A DNA stretch of 64,000 bases from Caulobacter sp. CCUG 60055 (GTDB taxonomy: Bacteria > Pseudomonadota > Alphaproteobacteria > Caulobacterales > Caulobacteraceae): the NCBI RefSeq assembly GCF_022750545.1, contig NZ_PUIC01000005.1:440281-504280 (forward strand). The letters run 5' to 3'. Every line of letters begins with the position of its first letter. Position 1 is the first letter of the stretch. Shown here one piece after another: positions 1 through 8,916 of the stretch. Below the pieces are notes generated by a model. The model was given only the letters and a program-made list of their open reading frames with translations. It did no database searches and had not been told where the DNA came from. A program made the translations under genes and the position numbers.

Positions 1-151
1 CGCCACCCACGACGAGGACCTCGTGGCCCGCTCCGGCCGGCCGGTGCTCCACCTGGAGCAGGGGCGCCTGGCCAAGGCCGGGCCGACGCCGATCGAGCCG
101 CCGTCGGCCTACGCCGCCGAGGCCCCCCCGCCGGAAGAGACGGCCCCGTGA
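1..151 (+). CDS. ftsE: Cell division ATP-binding protein FtsE, C-terminal fragment (5' end outside window)
   Basis: Open frame running off the window start and ending TGA 149-151, overlapping the GTG start of ftsX (GTGA). Assignment rests mainly on the conserved ftsE-ftsX order; the fragment is too short for motif recognition. Confidence 0.6.
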   Translation, partial: ATHDEDLVARSGRPVLHLEQGRLAKAGPTPIEPPSAYAAEAPPPEETAP

Positions 152-1044
152 CCACGCCCGCCTTCGACACCGCCCGCTGGAAACCCGCCGCGCTGCTGCC
201 GCGCGAGGACGCCCGCGACGGCGCCCTGACCTTCGTGGTGGCGGTGCTGTGCTTCATCGCCTGCCTGGCCGGCATGACGGCCCTGTCGGCGGATCGCGCC
301 GCCCAGGGCTGGCGCGCCCAGCTGACCGGATCGGCCACCGTGCTGGTGCGGCCCAAGGGCGACGAGACGCCGGACGCCGCCGCCGCCCGCGCCGCCGAGA
401 CCCTGGCCGGGGTGCGGGGCGTGACGCAGGCGGCCGCGCTGGAGAAGGCCAAGGCCGAGGCCCTGCTGGAGCCCTGGCTGGGCCGCGACGGCCTGCTCGA
501 CGACCTGCCGGTTCCCCGGCTGGTGACGCTGGACCTCGACCCCAAGGCCCCGCCAAGCGCCGACGACCTGGCCAAGGCGCTGAAGACGGCGGGGATCGAC
601 GCCACGGTCGACGACCACAGCCTGTGGATGAAGGACATCGCCCGCGCCGGCCGCATGGCCGGCCTTGCGGCGCTGGGCGTCGCCGCCCTGGTCGGCGCGG
701 CGGCGGCGGCGGCGATCGCCTTCGCCACCCGGGCCGGCCTGGCCGCCCGCCGCGACATCGTCGAGGTGCTGCACCTGTCCGGCGCCGAGGATCGCTTCAT
801 CGCCGGGCTGTTCCAGGCGCGCTTCGCCCGGCTGGCGGCCACGGCGGGCTTGTTCGGAGCGCTCGGGGCTGTGATCATAGGGGCCGCCGTGCGGGCTCTG
901 GGGGGCGCGGACGGGCTGACGCCGGCCCTGCCGGTGTCCTGGCTCGACCTGCTGGCGCCGATCCCCTGCCCGCTGATCGCCGCGATCGTGGCCGCCCTGG
1001 CGGCGCGCTCGGCGGCCATGAGCCTGCTGAGGGGCATGAACTGA
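148..1044 (+). CDS. ftsX: Cell division permease FtsX
   Basis: 298 aa. Cytoplasmic N-tail, TM1, large periplasmic domain and three C-terminal TM helices, in the ftsEX arrangement. Confidence 0.85.
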   Translation: MTTPAFDTARWKPAALLPREDARDGALTFVVAVLCFIACLAGMTALSADRAAQGWRAQLTGSATVLVRPKGDETPDAAAARAAETLAGVRGVTQAAALEKAKAEALLEPWLGRDGLLDDLPVPRLVTLDLDPKAPPSADDLAKALKTAGIDATVDDHSLWMKDIARAGRMAGLAALGVAALVGAAAAAAIAFATRAGLAARRDIVEVLHLSGAEDRFIAGLFQARFARLAATAGLFGALGAVIIGAAVRALGGADGLTPALPVSWLDLLAPIPCPLIAAIVAALAARSAAMSLLRGMN

Positions 1045-1048
1045 CCGG

Positions 1049-1684
1049 ATGAAGAGCATCGCCGCCCTTCTGATCCTGCTGATGATCTGGACCGTGGGCC
1101 TGGCGGCCTTCGCCGCCCGGGCCGACCGCGCGACGCCGGCCCCCGCCCCGCCCACGGCCGACGCCATCGTCTCGCTGACCGGCAACTCGTCGCTGCGCAT
1201 CACCGCCGCCCAGAAGCTGCTGGAGCTGGGCAAGGGCCGGCGCATGCTGATCAGCGGCGTCAACCGCGAGGCCTCGCGCACCGACATCCGCGACGTCACC
1301 CGCGGCGCGCGGCGCATCTACGACTGCTGCGTCGACCTGGGCTTCCAGGCCGAGAACACCGTCGGCAACGCCCGCGAGATCGCCGCCTGGACCGAGGCCA
1401 AGGGCTACAAAAGCCTGATCGTGGTCACCGCCGACTACCACATGCCGCGCGCCATGCTGGAGATCCACGCGGCGATCCCGCACGTGAAGCTCTACCCCTA
1501 TCCGGTCAAGACCGAGGAGGTCGACGCCCGCCGCTGGTGGCGCACCCGGCTGGGCGCCCGGCGGATGATCGTCGAATATTGCAAGTACCTGGCCATCCTG
1601 GGACGGGAGGCGATCCTCAGCCTCGGCCCCAAGGACGCCCCCGAAAGGGACGCGCCTGAAAAGGCCGAGCCCAAGCCGGCCTGA
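1049..1684 (+). CDS. YdcF/DUF218 (ElyC/SanA-like) envelope protein
   Basis: N-terminal signal/TM, followed by a DUF218-like core (LISGVN...VVTADYHMPRA). Confidence 0.75.
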   Translation: MKSIAALLILLMIWTVGLAAFAARADRATPAPAPPTADAIVSLTGNSSLRITAAQKLLELGKGRRMLISGVNREASRTDIRDVTRGARRIYDCCVDLGFQAENTVGNAREIAAWTEAKGYKSLIVVTADYHMPRAMLEIHAAIPHVKLYPYPVKTEEVDARRWWRTRLGARRMIVEYCKYLAILGREAILSLGPKDAPERDAPEKAEPKPA

Positions 1685-1704
1685 CCTTCGGAGAGCCCCG
1701 CTTC

Positions 1705-2418
1705 GTGACCCTGATCCGCTCCATCCTGTTCATGATCGTCTTCTATGCCTGGTCGACGTTCGCGGCCCTGTGCATGACGCCGCTGCTGCTGTGCCCGCGC
1801 CGCTGGACCGTGGTCGCCATCGGCGTCTGGGCGCGGGTCACCATGGCGCTGCTCCGCGCCGTCTGCGGCGTGCGGGTCGAGGTGCGCGGCCGCGAACACA
1901 TGCCCAAGGGCTCGGCCCTGATCGCCGCCAAGCACCAGTGCATGTTCGACACCATCGCCCCCTTCACCTTCCTGCCCGACATGGCCTTCGTGCTGAAGAA
2001 GGAGCTGCTGGTCATCCCGTTCTACGGTTGGTACGCGCTCAAGGGGGGCATGATCGTCGTCGACCGCGAGGGCCACGCCAAGGCGCTGAAGAAGCTGGTG
2101 GCCGACACCCGCGACCGCCTGAAGGAGGAACGCCAGGTGGTGATCTTCCCGGAAGGCACCCGCGGCCTGCCCGGCGCCGAGCCCGACTACAAGCCGGGCG
2201 TGGCCGCGCTCTATCGCGAACTGGGCCTGCCCTGCCATCCGGTGGCGACCAATTCGGGCGTGCACTGGCCCGCCAAGGGCCTGATCCGCCGCCCGGGCGT
2301 CATCGTCTTCGAGTTCCTGGAGCCGATCCCGGCCGGACTGAAGCGCGCCGCCTTCATGCAGGAGTTGCAGGCCCGCATCGAGACCGCCTCGGACGGCCTG
2401 CTGGTCGAAGGGCTCTAG
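1705..2418 (+). CDS. plsC: 1-acyl-sn-glycerol-3-phosphate acyltransferase
   Basis: HX4D acyltransferase motif (HQCMFD) and FPEGTR motif, with an N-terminal TM. Confidence 0.85.
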   Translation: MTLIRSILFMIVFYAWSTFAALCMTPLLLCPRRWTVVAIGVWARVTMALLRAVCGVRVEVRGREHMPKGSALIAAKHQCMFDTIAPFTFLPDMAFVLKKELLVIPFYGWYALKGGMIVVDREGHAKALKKLVADTRDRLKEERQVVIFPEGTRGLPGAEPDYKPGVAALYRELGLPCHPVATNSGVHWPAKGLIRRPGVIVFEFLEPIPAGLKRAAFMQELQARIETASDGLLVEGL

Positions 2419-3005
2419 CCGCCCGCCGTCGCCGGCTCGCGCGCCTCGACCATCGCCAGCAGCCGTTCCATGGCCGGGTCGCCGACCCCCTGCTCGCGCA
2501 GGTGGACGACGAGGTCGCGCAGGTAGTCGATGTTGCGGCCCGACAGGCCGCGCGCGCCGGCGATCAGTTCGGCCTGCTGCTCCAGCGTCAGGTCGCCGGC
2601 CCACTGGGCGTGGTCCTGGTCGGACAGGAAGACCAGGGCCTGAGCCTTGCCGTCGCCGTCGATGCGCACCGGCGCCCAGGCCTCGAAATAGGTCTCGGTC
2701 GGCTGTTCGCGTTCGCGCAGATAGGCGTAGGTCTCGGGCCAGGCCGCGGCGGCGACCCGGAAGGCCACGCCCCGCACCGCTCCGCCGGGCGCCAGGCCCA
2801 GCACCAGGCCCGGCCGCTCGTAGGTGCCCCGGTGATGCACCGAATAGATGCAGAACGCCCGGCGGCGGCCGTGCAGGACCGCGGGCCGCCGCTCGACGTG
2901 GGCGAAACCGGGCCGCCACATCAGCGAGCCGTAGCCGAACACCCATTTGTCGCCGTCCGCGCCTGTCCCCGACGCGACCGCGCTTGACTCTTGGCTCGCG
3001 CCCAC
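2415..3005 (-). CDS. chaC: ChaC-like gamma-glutamylcyclotransferase
   Basis: WVFGYGSLMW motif typical of ChaC/GGCT. The ORF track runs to 3080, but that would overlap the divergent DUF2125 start at 3046. I chose the in-frame GTG at 3005; the start remains uncertain. Confidence 0.65.
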   Translation of the reverse strand: MGASQESSAVASGTGADGDKWVFGYGSLMWRPGFAHVERRPAVLHGRRRAFCIYSVHHRGTYERPGLVLGLAPGGAVRGVAFRVAAAAWPETYAYLREREQPTETYFEAWAPVRIDGDGKAQALVFLSDQDHAQWAGDLTLEQQAELIAGARGLSGRNIDYLRDLVVHLREQGVGDPAMERLLAMVEAREPATAGG

Positions 3006-3045
3006 TTGAAACCGCCGTACTGAAAACGCCCTTCCAGTCGAGACC

Positions 3046-3996
3046 ATGCCCGAGCCCGACGCTCCCCGCAAACCGCCCAAGCGCTTTTGGCTCTACGCGC
3101 CCTATGTCCTCCTGGCCGTCGCCGCTGTCGGCTGGAGCGGCTGGTGGGTCTACGGCCGCGGCCGCATCGCCGCCGGCCTCGACGCGGCGGCCGCCAGCGC
3201 CCAGGCGGCGGGCGGCGAGCTGAGCTGGCGGACGCGACGGATCGGCGGCTATCCCTTCCGTTTCGACGTCACCCTCGAAGGCGCGCGGGCCGCCGAGGCC
3301 TCGGGCTGGTCCCTCGCCGCGCCCGAGCTGAAGGCCGAGACCTACGCCTACCGGCCCGACCGCTGGATCGCGGTCGCCCCGCGCGGCGTCGTGCTGACCC
3401 GGCCGGGCAAGGGCGCGGCGGCCATCGCCGGCGAGGCGCTGCGCGCCAGCATATCGGATCTCGCCGCCTCGCCGCCGCGCGTCGCCGTCGAGGGCGTCAA
3501 CCTGACCTTCACGCCGCAGGCCGGCGGCGCGCCCCTGCCGATCGCCGCCGCCCGGCGGATCGAGCTCTACATGCGCCCCCAGGCCGGCGACCAGGCCGGG
3601 GTGCTGTTCAAGCTGGAGGGCGGCAAGGCCGCCGACGGCCCCCTGGCCCGCATCGCCGGGGACAAGCCGGTCTCGGCGGCCCTGGAGGGGCAGTTCGAGC
3701 GGTTCGGCGCCCTGCGGGGCGGCGGCTGGGCGCAGGCGGCGCGCAACTGGGCCGGCGCGGGCGGCGCCTTCACCCTGATCCAGGGCGGCCTGACGGCGGG
3801 CGACGCCTCGCTGTCGATGCGCCGGGCCACCTTGACCGTCGGGGGCGACGGACGGCTGCGCGGCGTGGTGCCGACCGACCTGCACAAGGCCGCCGGCGCC
3901 CTGCCGGGCCTCAACGCCTCGGTCAACCTGACCTTCGAGGCGGGACGCACCACGCTCGGCCCGGTGGCCGTCGGCGACGCGCCTCGCCTTTTTTGA
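3046..3996 (+). CDS. DUF2125-family membrane-anchored protein
   Basis: N-terminal TM (WLYAPYVLLAVAAVGWSGWWVYG) and an Ala/Gly-rich periplasmic body, as in DUF2125 proteins of Caulobacterales. Confidence 0.65.
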   Translation: MPEPDAPRKPPKRFWLYAPYVLLAVAAVGWSGWWVYGRGRIAAGLDAAAASAQAAGGELSWRTRRIGGYPFRFDVTLEGARAAEASGWSLAAPELKAETYAYRPDRWIAVAPRGVVLTRPGKGAAAIAGEALRASISDLAASPPRVAVEGVNLTFTPQAGGAPLPIAAARRIELYMRPQAGDQAGVLFKLEGGKAADGPLARIAGDKPVSAALEGQFERFGALRGGGWAQAARNWAGAGGAFTLIQGGLTAGDASLSMRRATLTVGGDGRLRGVVPTDLHKAAGALPGLNASVNLTFEAGRTTLGPVAVGDAPRLF

Positions 3997-4076
3997 GCAA
4001 ATTCCTTTCTTGAAAGGCCGACTATTGCGCCTTTCGCGGCAATCTTTATGTTCCGCGGCTCCTCCCGGGGGATGAA

Positions 4077-4871
4077 ATGAACGAGCAGTCCGCCCAGCCG
4101 GCGCAAACGCTGGACGCGGTGCGCGAGCGCATCGACCAGATCGACTCCGAGTTGCTGCGCCTTCTGGACGAGCGCGCCGACCTCGCCCGCGCCGTGGCCG
4201 CCGCCAAGCAGGCCTCCGGCCAGGGCGGACAGTTCGGCCTGCGCCCCGCCCGTGAAGCCCAGATCGTCCGCAAGCTGATCGACGCCCCGCGCAAGTCCGC
4301 CAGCGCCGCTCTGGTGGTGCGAGTGTGGCGCGAGCTGATGGCCGACAGCCTGTCGCGCCAGGGGCCGTTCCACCTGACGGTCTGGGGCGGCGCGCGGGCG
4401 GTCGAGCTGGCCCGGCTGCGGTTCGGGGCCGCCCCGCCCCTGCGCATCGCCGGCCGCCCCGAGGAGGCGGTCGCGGCCGCCAAGACCCAGGGCGGCGTCG
4501 GCGTCCTGGCCCTGACCGGCGAGAGCGCTTGGTGGGGACGGCTGCTGGCCGAGCCCCGGCTGCGGGTGTTCGCGGCCCTGCCGTGCCTGGCCGCGTGGGG
4601 GCCGCAGGCGGCCCTGGCCGTGGCCGAGGTCGAGGTCGAGCCCTCGGGCGGCGACGAGACCTTCTGGGTCACCGACGCGGGCGGCCATGCCGACACGGTG
4701 ATCGAGGCCCTGTCGCGGCAGGAGGTGGCCGCGCGGCTGGTCTGCGAGGCCGGCGGCCTGAGGCTGTTCGCCCTCGCCGGCTTCTACCAGCGCGACGACG
4801 CCCGCCTCGCCCGCGCGCCCGGACGCCTTTCCGGCGTAATCGGGGCTGCGCCCGGCCCGTTCGACGTGTAA
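4077..4871 (+). CDS. Chorismate mutase (AroQ class) with C-terminal extension domain
   Basis: N-terminal AroQ-type chorismate mutase helices (RIDQIDSELLRLLDERADLARAVAAAK...REAQIVRKL), followed by about 160 aa of unassigned sequence. Confidence 0.8.
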   Translation: MNEQSAQPAQTLDAVRERIDQIDSELLRLLDERADLARAVAAAKQASGQGGQFGLRPAREAQIVRKLIDAPRKSASAALVVRVWRELMADSLSRQGPFHLTVWGGARAVELARLRFGAAPPLRIAGRPEEAVAAAKTQGGVGVLALTGESAWWGRLLAEPRLRVFAALPCLAAWGPQAALAVAEVEVEPSGGDETFWVTDAGGHADTVIEALSRQEVAARLVCEAGGLRLFALAGFYQRDDARLARAPGRLSGVIGAAPGPFDV

Positions 4872-4916
4872 GAGGCGAGATCGTTACAAATGGAACTATC
4901 TTCGGAGCTCGCCCTC

Positions 4917-6023
4917 ATGGATCGATCCGCCGCCGACCGCCCGCTGGCCAAGCCGGGCATCCTCGACATCACGCCCTACAAGCCCGGCAAGGCCCAGGCC
5001 GACGGCGTCGAGAACCCGGTCAAGCTGTCCGCCAACGAGAACATCCTGGGCTGCAGCCCCAAGGCCAAGGCCGCCTTCGCCGAGGCGGCCGGCAAGCTCA
5101 ACCTCTATCCCGACGGCCGGGCGGGAATCCTGCGCGAGGCCATTTCGCGCAAGTACGGCCTGGAGCCCGAGCGCCTGATCTTCGGCTGCGGCTCGGACGA
5201 GATCTTCCAGATCCTCAACCAGACCCTGCTCGAGCCCGGCGACAACATGGTCCAGGGCGAATACGGCTTCGCCGCCTATTCGATCGGGGCCCGCGCCTGC
5301 CAGGGCGAGGTGCGGATGGCCAAGGAGACCAACCTGCGCATCGACGTCGACGAGATGCTGAAATGCGTCGACGAGCGCACGCGCCTGGTCTTCGTCGCCA
5401 ACCCGGCCAATCCCACCGGCACCTGGCTGCCGGGCGCCGAGATCCGTCGCCTGCACGCCGGCCTGCCGGCCCACGTGGTGCTGGTGCTCGACGGCGCCTA
5501 CGCCGAGTTCGCCGGCGATCCGAACTACGAGGACGGGATCGCCCTGGCCCGCGAGGCGGCCAACGTGGTGGTCACCCGCACCTTCTCCAAGCTGCACGGA
5601 CTGGCGGCGCTGCGGGTCGGCTGGGCCTACGGCCCGACGGACCTGCTGGAGGCCATGGACCGCATCCGCCTGCCGTTCAACGTCAACATTCCCGCCCAGC
5701 TCGCCGCCGTCGCCTCGCTCGAGGACGCCGAGTTCCAGGCGCGGTCGCTGGCCCTGGTCGAACAATGGCGCCCATGGCTGGCCCAGCAGATCGGCGGCCT
5801 CGGCCTGGAGGTCGCCCCCTCGGCCGCCAACTTCGTGCTGGCGCGCTTCGCGGCCGTCCCCGGCAAGACGGCGGCCGAAGCCGAGGCCTTCCTGGCCTCG
5901 AAGGGGTTGCTCACCCGCGGCGTGGCGGGCTACGGCCTGCCGGATCATCTGCGCATCACCGTCGGCCTCGAAGAACACAATCGCGGCGTGGTCGACGGCC
6001 TCGCGGAGTTCTTAAAAGGATAA
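4917..6023 (+). CDS. hisC: Histidinol-phosphate/aromatic aminotransferase (HisC family)
   Basis: SANENILG and FSKLHGLAALRVGWA (PLP-lysine) motifs. The ORF opens at 4890; I prefer ATG 4917 (MDRSAADRPLAKPGILDITPY). Immediately upstream of tyrA. Confidence 0.85.
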   Translation: MDRSAADRPLAKPGILDITPYKPGKAQADGVENPVKLSANENILGCSPKAKAAFAEAAGKLNLYPDGRAGILREAISRKYGLEPERLIFGCGSDEIFQILNQTLLEPGDNMVQGEYGFAAYSIGARACQGEVRMAKETNLRIDVDEMLKCVDERTRLVFVANPANPTGTWLPGAEIRRLHAGLPAHVVLVLDGAYAEFAGDPNYEDGIALAREAANVVVTRTFSKLHGLAALRVGWAYGPTDLLEAMDRIRLPFNVNIPAQLAAVASLEDAEFQARSLALVEQWRPWLAQQIGGLGLEVAPSAANFVLARFAAVPGKTAAEAEAFLASKGLLTRGVAGYGLPDHLRITVGLEEHNRGVVDGLAEFLKG

Positions 6024-6032
6024 CGACGGGTC

Positions 6033-6968
6033 ATGTCCGGGGTGGTGTTCGAACGTCTTGCGGTGATCGGCTGCGGCCTGATCGGCTCGTCCGTGGTCCG
6101 CGCGGCCCGGACCCACGGGACGGCGGGCGCCATCGCGGTCTATGACGCCAGCCCCGAGGTGCGCGAACGGGTGCGGGCGCTGGGCATCGCCGACGCGGTG
6201 TTCGACGACCCGGCCGAGGCCGTGCGCGACGCCGACCTGGTGATCTTCGCCGTCCCGCCCGCCGCCATCGGCGAGGCCGCCCGCGCCGCCGCGCCCGGCC
6301 TCAAGCCTGGCGCCGTGGTCAGCGACGTCGGCTCGGTCAAGGGCGTCATCGGCGCGGCCCTGACCGAGGCGGCGCCGGCCGGCGTGTTCGTCATCCCCGG
6401 CCACCCCATCGCCGGCACCGAGCAGTCGGGGCCGGACGCCGGCTTTCCCGAGCTGTTCGACGGGCGCTGGACCATCCTGACCCCGCTGCCGTCCGACGAT
6501 CATCCCGCCTACGAGGCGGCGGTGGCCAGGCTGGCGGCGTTCTGGCGCGGGCTGGGCGCCCAGGTCGAGCTGATGGACGAGGCGCACCACGACCTCGTGC
6601 TGGCGGCCACCAGCCACCTGCCGCACCTGATCGCCTATTCGATCGTCGGCACCGTCGCCGACCTGGAGCAGGTCACCCGCGCCGAGGTGATGAAGTACTC
6701 GGCCGGCGGCTTTCGCGACTTCACCCGCATCGCCGCCTCGGACCCGACCATGTGGCGGGATGTGTTCATGCTGAACAAGGATGCGGTGCTCGAAATCCTG
6801 GGCCGGTTCACCGAGGACCTGCAGGCCCTGTCGCGCGCCATCCGCTGGGGCGAGGGCGACAAGCTGCACGAGCTGTTCACCCGCACCCGCGAAATCCGCC
6901 GCGGCGTCATCGCCCTGGGCCAGGAAAGCGCCGAGCCGAACTTCGGCCGCGACCGCGGCAAGCACTGA
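6033..6968 (+). CDS. tyrA: Prephenate/cyclohexadienyl dehydrogenase
   Basis: N-terminal Rossmann GCGLIGSS; TyrA family; hisC-tyrA pairing. Confidence 0.85.
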   Translation: MSGVVFERLAVIGCGLIGSSVVRAARTHGTAGAIAVYDASPEVRERVRALGIADAVFDDPAEAVRDADLVIFAVPPAAIGEAARAAAPGLKPGAVVSDVGSVKGVIGAALTEAAPAGVFVIPGHPIAGTEQSGPDAGFPELFDGRWTILTPLPSDDHPAYEAAVARLAAFWRGLGAQVELMDEAHHDLVLAATSHLPHLIAYSIVGTVADLEQVTRAEVMKYSAGGFRDFTRIAASDPTMWRDVFMLNKDAVLEILGRFTEDLQALSRAIRWGEGDKLHELFTRTREIRRGVIALGQESAEPNFGRDRGKH

Positions 6969-6977
6969 GGCGCGGCG

Positions 6978-7091
6978 TCAGCGGTGCGCCTGGGGGCCGG
7001 CGCGCCGGACGGGGCCGTTGCCGACGCGGACGGCCAGCCAGGTGGTTCCCACCGCGGCCAGGACCGTTCCGGCCAGCATCAAGATGAGCAT
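6978..7091 (-). CDS. Small (37 aa) single-TM membrane peptide, hypothetical
   Basis: Not in the ORF track (<60 aa). ATG at 7089-7091 is preceded by a perfect GAGGAGG Shine-Dalgarno 5 nt upstream; product MLILMLAGTVLAAVGTTWLAVRVGNGPVRRAGPQAHR (TM helix plus basic tail); stop 6978-6980. Confidence 0.4.
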   Translation of the reverse strand: MLILMLAGTVLAAVGTTWLAVRVGNGPVRRAGPQAHR

Positions 7092-7190
7092 CGGGACCTC
7101 CTCAAAAGATCCCTCCCGACACGGTCAGTATTTACGGTGATTCGTAATATTCGATAAATTACGCCGAGCCGATTTTCAGCTTCGCCGGCG

Positions 7191-7673
7191 TCAGTCGATT
7201 TTATTCAGGCGCTCGCGGGTCGGCTGCCCCACCTGCGTCAATTTGCCGACGCCGCCGGCGCGTAGGTCGATACCGTATTCGAGCCAGGCCTTCATGCACA
7301 GGATCATGTGGGTCCAGCCCTGCGCCTGGCCCACGCAGGCGGCGAGGCCCGCCGCGCCCTCGCCCAGGCCGCGCTCGACGACCCCGACCGTGGCGGAGTC
7401 CTCGCCGCAGGGCTCGAAGGTCATCTCGACCTCGCTGCGCCGCGCGCCGCCCCACAGGAAGACCAGCCGCCGCCCGGTCTCGACGGCCGTGACCTCGACC
7501 GGGATCTCGACGCCGAACTCGGCGAAGCGCCAGTTCACGCGGGCGCCGGGGACCAGCCGCCCGGTGGCCGCGTCGGCGAAGTAGCGCGTCATGCGGTCGG
7601 GATCGACCACGGCCTCGAACACCTCCGAAGGCGGACGGGCGATGCGGGGATGAAAGTCTGCGACAAAGTCCAT
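7191..7673 (-). CDS. SRPBCC/AHSA1 (activator of Hsp90 ATPase-like) family protein
   Basis: Polyketide-cyclase/AHSA1-type fold signature; second gene of the arsR-AHSA1-AHSA1 operon. Confidence 0.8.
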   Translation of the reverse strand: MDFVADFHPRIARPPSEVFEAVVDPDRMTRYFADAATGRLVPGARVNWRFAEFGVEIPVEVTAVETGRRLVFLWGGARRSEVEMTFEPCGEDSATVGVVERGLGEGAAGLAACVGQAQGWTHMILCMKAWLEYGIDLRAGGVGKLTQVGQPTRERLNKID

Positions 7674-7686
7674 GACGACCTCCCGG

Positions 7687-8172
7687 TCAGTCCGCCGCGC
7701 GGACGTCGTAGTCGGGGCGCAGCTGGTGATAGACCGCCATGTGCGCCTCGAAATCGATGGGCTCGCCTTCGGCCAGGACCCTGGCCAGGATGTCGAGGTG
7801 CGAGTGCCAGCCGGCGCCGAAGCTGGCCGCTTCGCCCGCCGGCAGGCGCATGTGGGTCAGGACCAGCCGCACTTGCCCCGCCGCCTCGGGCGTCAGGTCG
7901 AAATTGACCAGCGATTCCGCGTCGGCCTCGCGCCAGATGTAGGCCAGCCGGCGCGGCGGCTCCCAGGTGACGACCTCGCCGCTCAAGCCGTGCTCGTTTC
8001 CGAAGGTCAGGGCGACCTGGCCGCCGGGCCGGCCCTCGAGCACGCCGCCGGCCAGCCAGCCGGCCAGCAGTTCGGGACGGGTCAGGTGGTCCCAGACCCG
8101 CTCGATCGGGCCGGGCAGCAGGCGGTCGAACCGCACCGTGCGGGCGGCGGGGTATTGGCCGAAATCGCTCAT
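7687..8172 (-). CDS. SRPBCC/AHSA1 family protein
   Basis: Paralogue of the downstream gene; overlaps the arsR stop by 4 nt. Confidence 0.8.
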   Translation of the reverse strand: MSDFGQYPAARTVRFDRLLPGPIERVWDHLTRPELLAGWLAGGVLEGRPGGQVALTFGNEHGLSGEVVTWEPPRRLAYIWREADAESLVNFDLTPEAAGQVRLVLTHMRLPAGEAASFGAGWHSHLDILARVLAEGEPIDFEAHMAVYHQLRPDYDVRAAD

Positions 8173-8495
8173 GCCTCATCGGCCTCCTTGAGCATGCGTT
8201 CGAGGGCGTCGAGCCGGTCGTTCCAGAAGCCGCCCATGCGGGCGAGCCATTCGGCCATCTCGGCCAGGCCCGCCGGCTCGACGGCGTAGAACCGCTGCTG
8301 CCGGACCGGCCGCACCCGCACCAGCCGCGCCTCGCGCAGCACCTTCAGGTGCTGGGAGACGGCGGGGGCGGAGACGTCGAACCGGGCGGCGATCTCGCCG
8401 GCCGAGCGCTCGCCGTCGGCCAGAAGCGTGACGATGCGGCGGCGGGTAGGGTCGGCGAGGGCGGCGAAACCGTGCATGGCGCTAATTTGCGCCAT
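8169..8495 (-). CDS. ArsR/SmtB family transcriptional regulator
   Basis: Winged HTH (GERSAGEIAARFDVSAPAVSQHLKVLREARLV). Confidence 0.85.
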   Translation of the reverse strand: MAQISAMHGFAALADPTRRRIVTLLADGERSAGEIAARFDVSAPAVSQHLKVLREARLVRVRPVRQQRFYAVEPAGLAEMAEWLARMGGFWNDRLDALERMLKEADEA

Positions 8496-8507
8496 TGCTT
8501 ATTTAAG

Positions 8508-8789
8508 TCAATTTTTAAATGACCGAGGCTCGGTCAGGGCGTCGCGGATGGCGGCGGGAGCCCGGTCGATCAGGGCGAGATAGGCCAGGAAGGCGACGTC
8601 GGGTTCGACGCGTTCCAGCTCGACGTCGCGCAGCTTGTCGGGATTGATGCGGTAGACGCGGGCGAACTCGGCCTGGCTGAGGCCCAGATGCCAGCGCACG
8701 CGCTGGACGGCGGCCTTGGTCGAAACCGCCGCCAGCGGCGCGGCCTGGTCGTCGAAGGAGATCTGTTCGGCAAGGGCGTGTTGGATCAT
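8508..8789 (-). CDS. HTH (XRE-like) DNA-binding protein
   Basis: HTH segment LGLSQAEFARVYRINPDKLRDVE. ATG at 8789 (MIQHAL) is preferred over the ORF-track start at 8879. Confidence 0.55.
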   Translation of the reverse strand: MIQHALAEQISFDDQAAPLAAVSTKAAVQRVRWHLGLSQAEFARVYRINPDKLRDVELERVEPDVAFLAYLALIDRAPAAIRDALTEPRSFKN

Positions 8790-8916
8790 CGGAGCGGCTG
8801 CCTTCTTGTCCGTGCCTGTCCCCCGCCGGCCGTTCTGATACCCCGCGAACTTTGCAGAATTTCGACGCCAATGCGTCATCGCCTGGGTTTGACGGCGGCG
8901 ACGGCGCGGCGGCGCC

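Noticed and set aside
109-1317. 402-aa minus-strand ORF antisense to ftsX (and similar long ORFs 1498-3885-, 9178-11757+, 9395-11851-, 13371-15308-, 17499-20966+, 21862-24087-, 33860-35590+, 35002-37788+, 37455-39884+, 40077-42821+, 45499-47634-, 49430-52768-, 50614-52641+, 55114-57321-)
   Set aside because: These are Arg/Gly/Pro/Ala-rich translations typical of off-frame or antisense reading in about 70% GC DNA. Each is fully overlapped by a gene with clear family motifs on another frame or strand.
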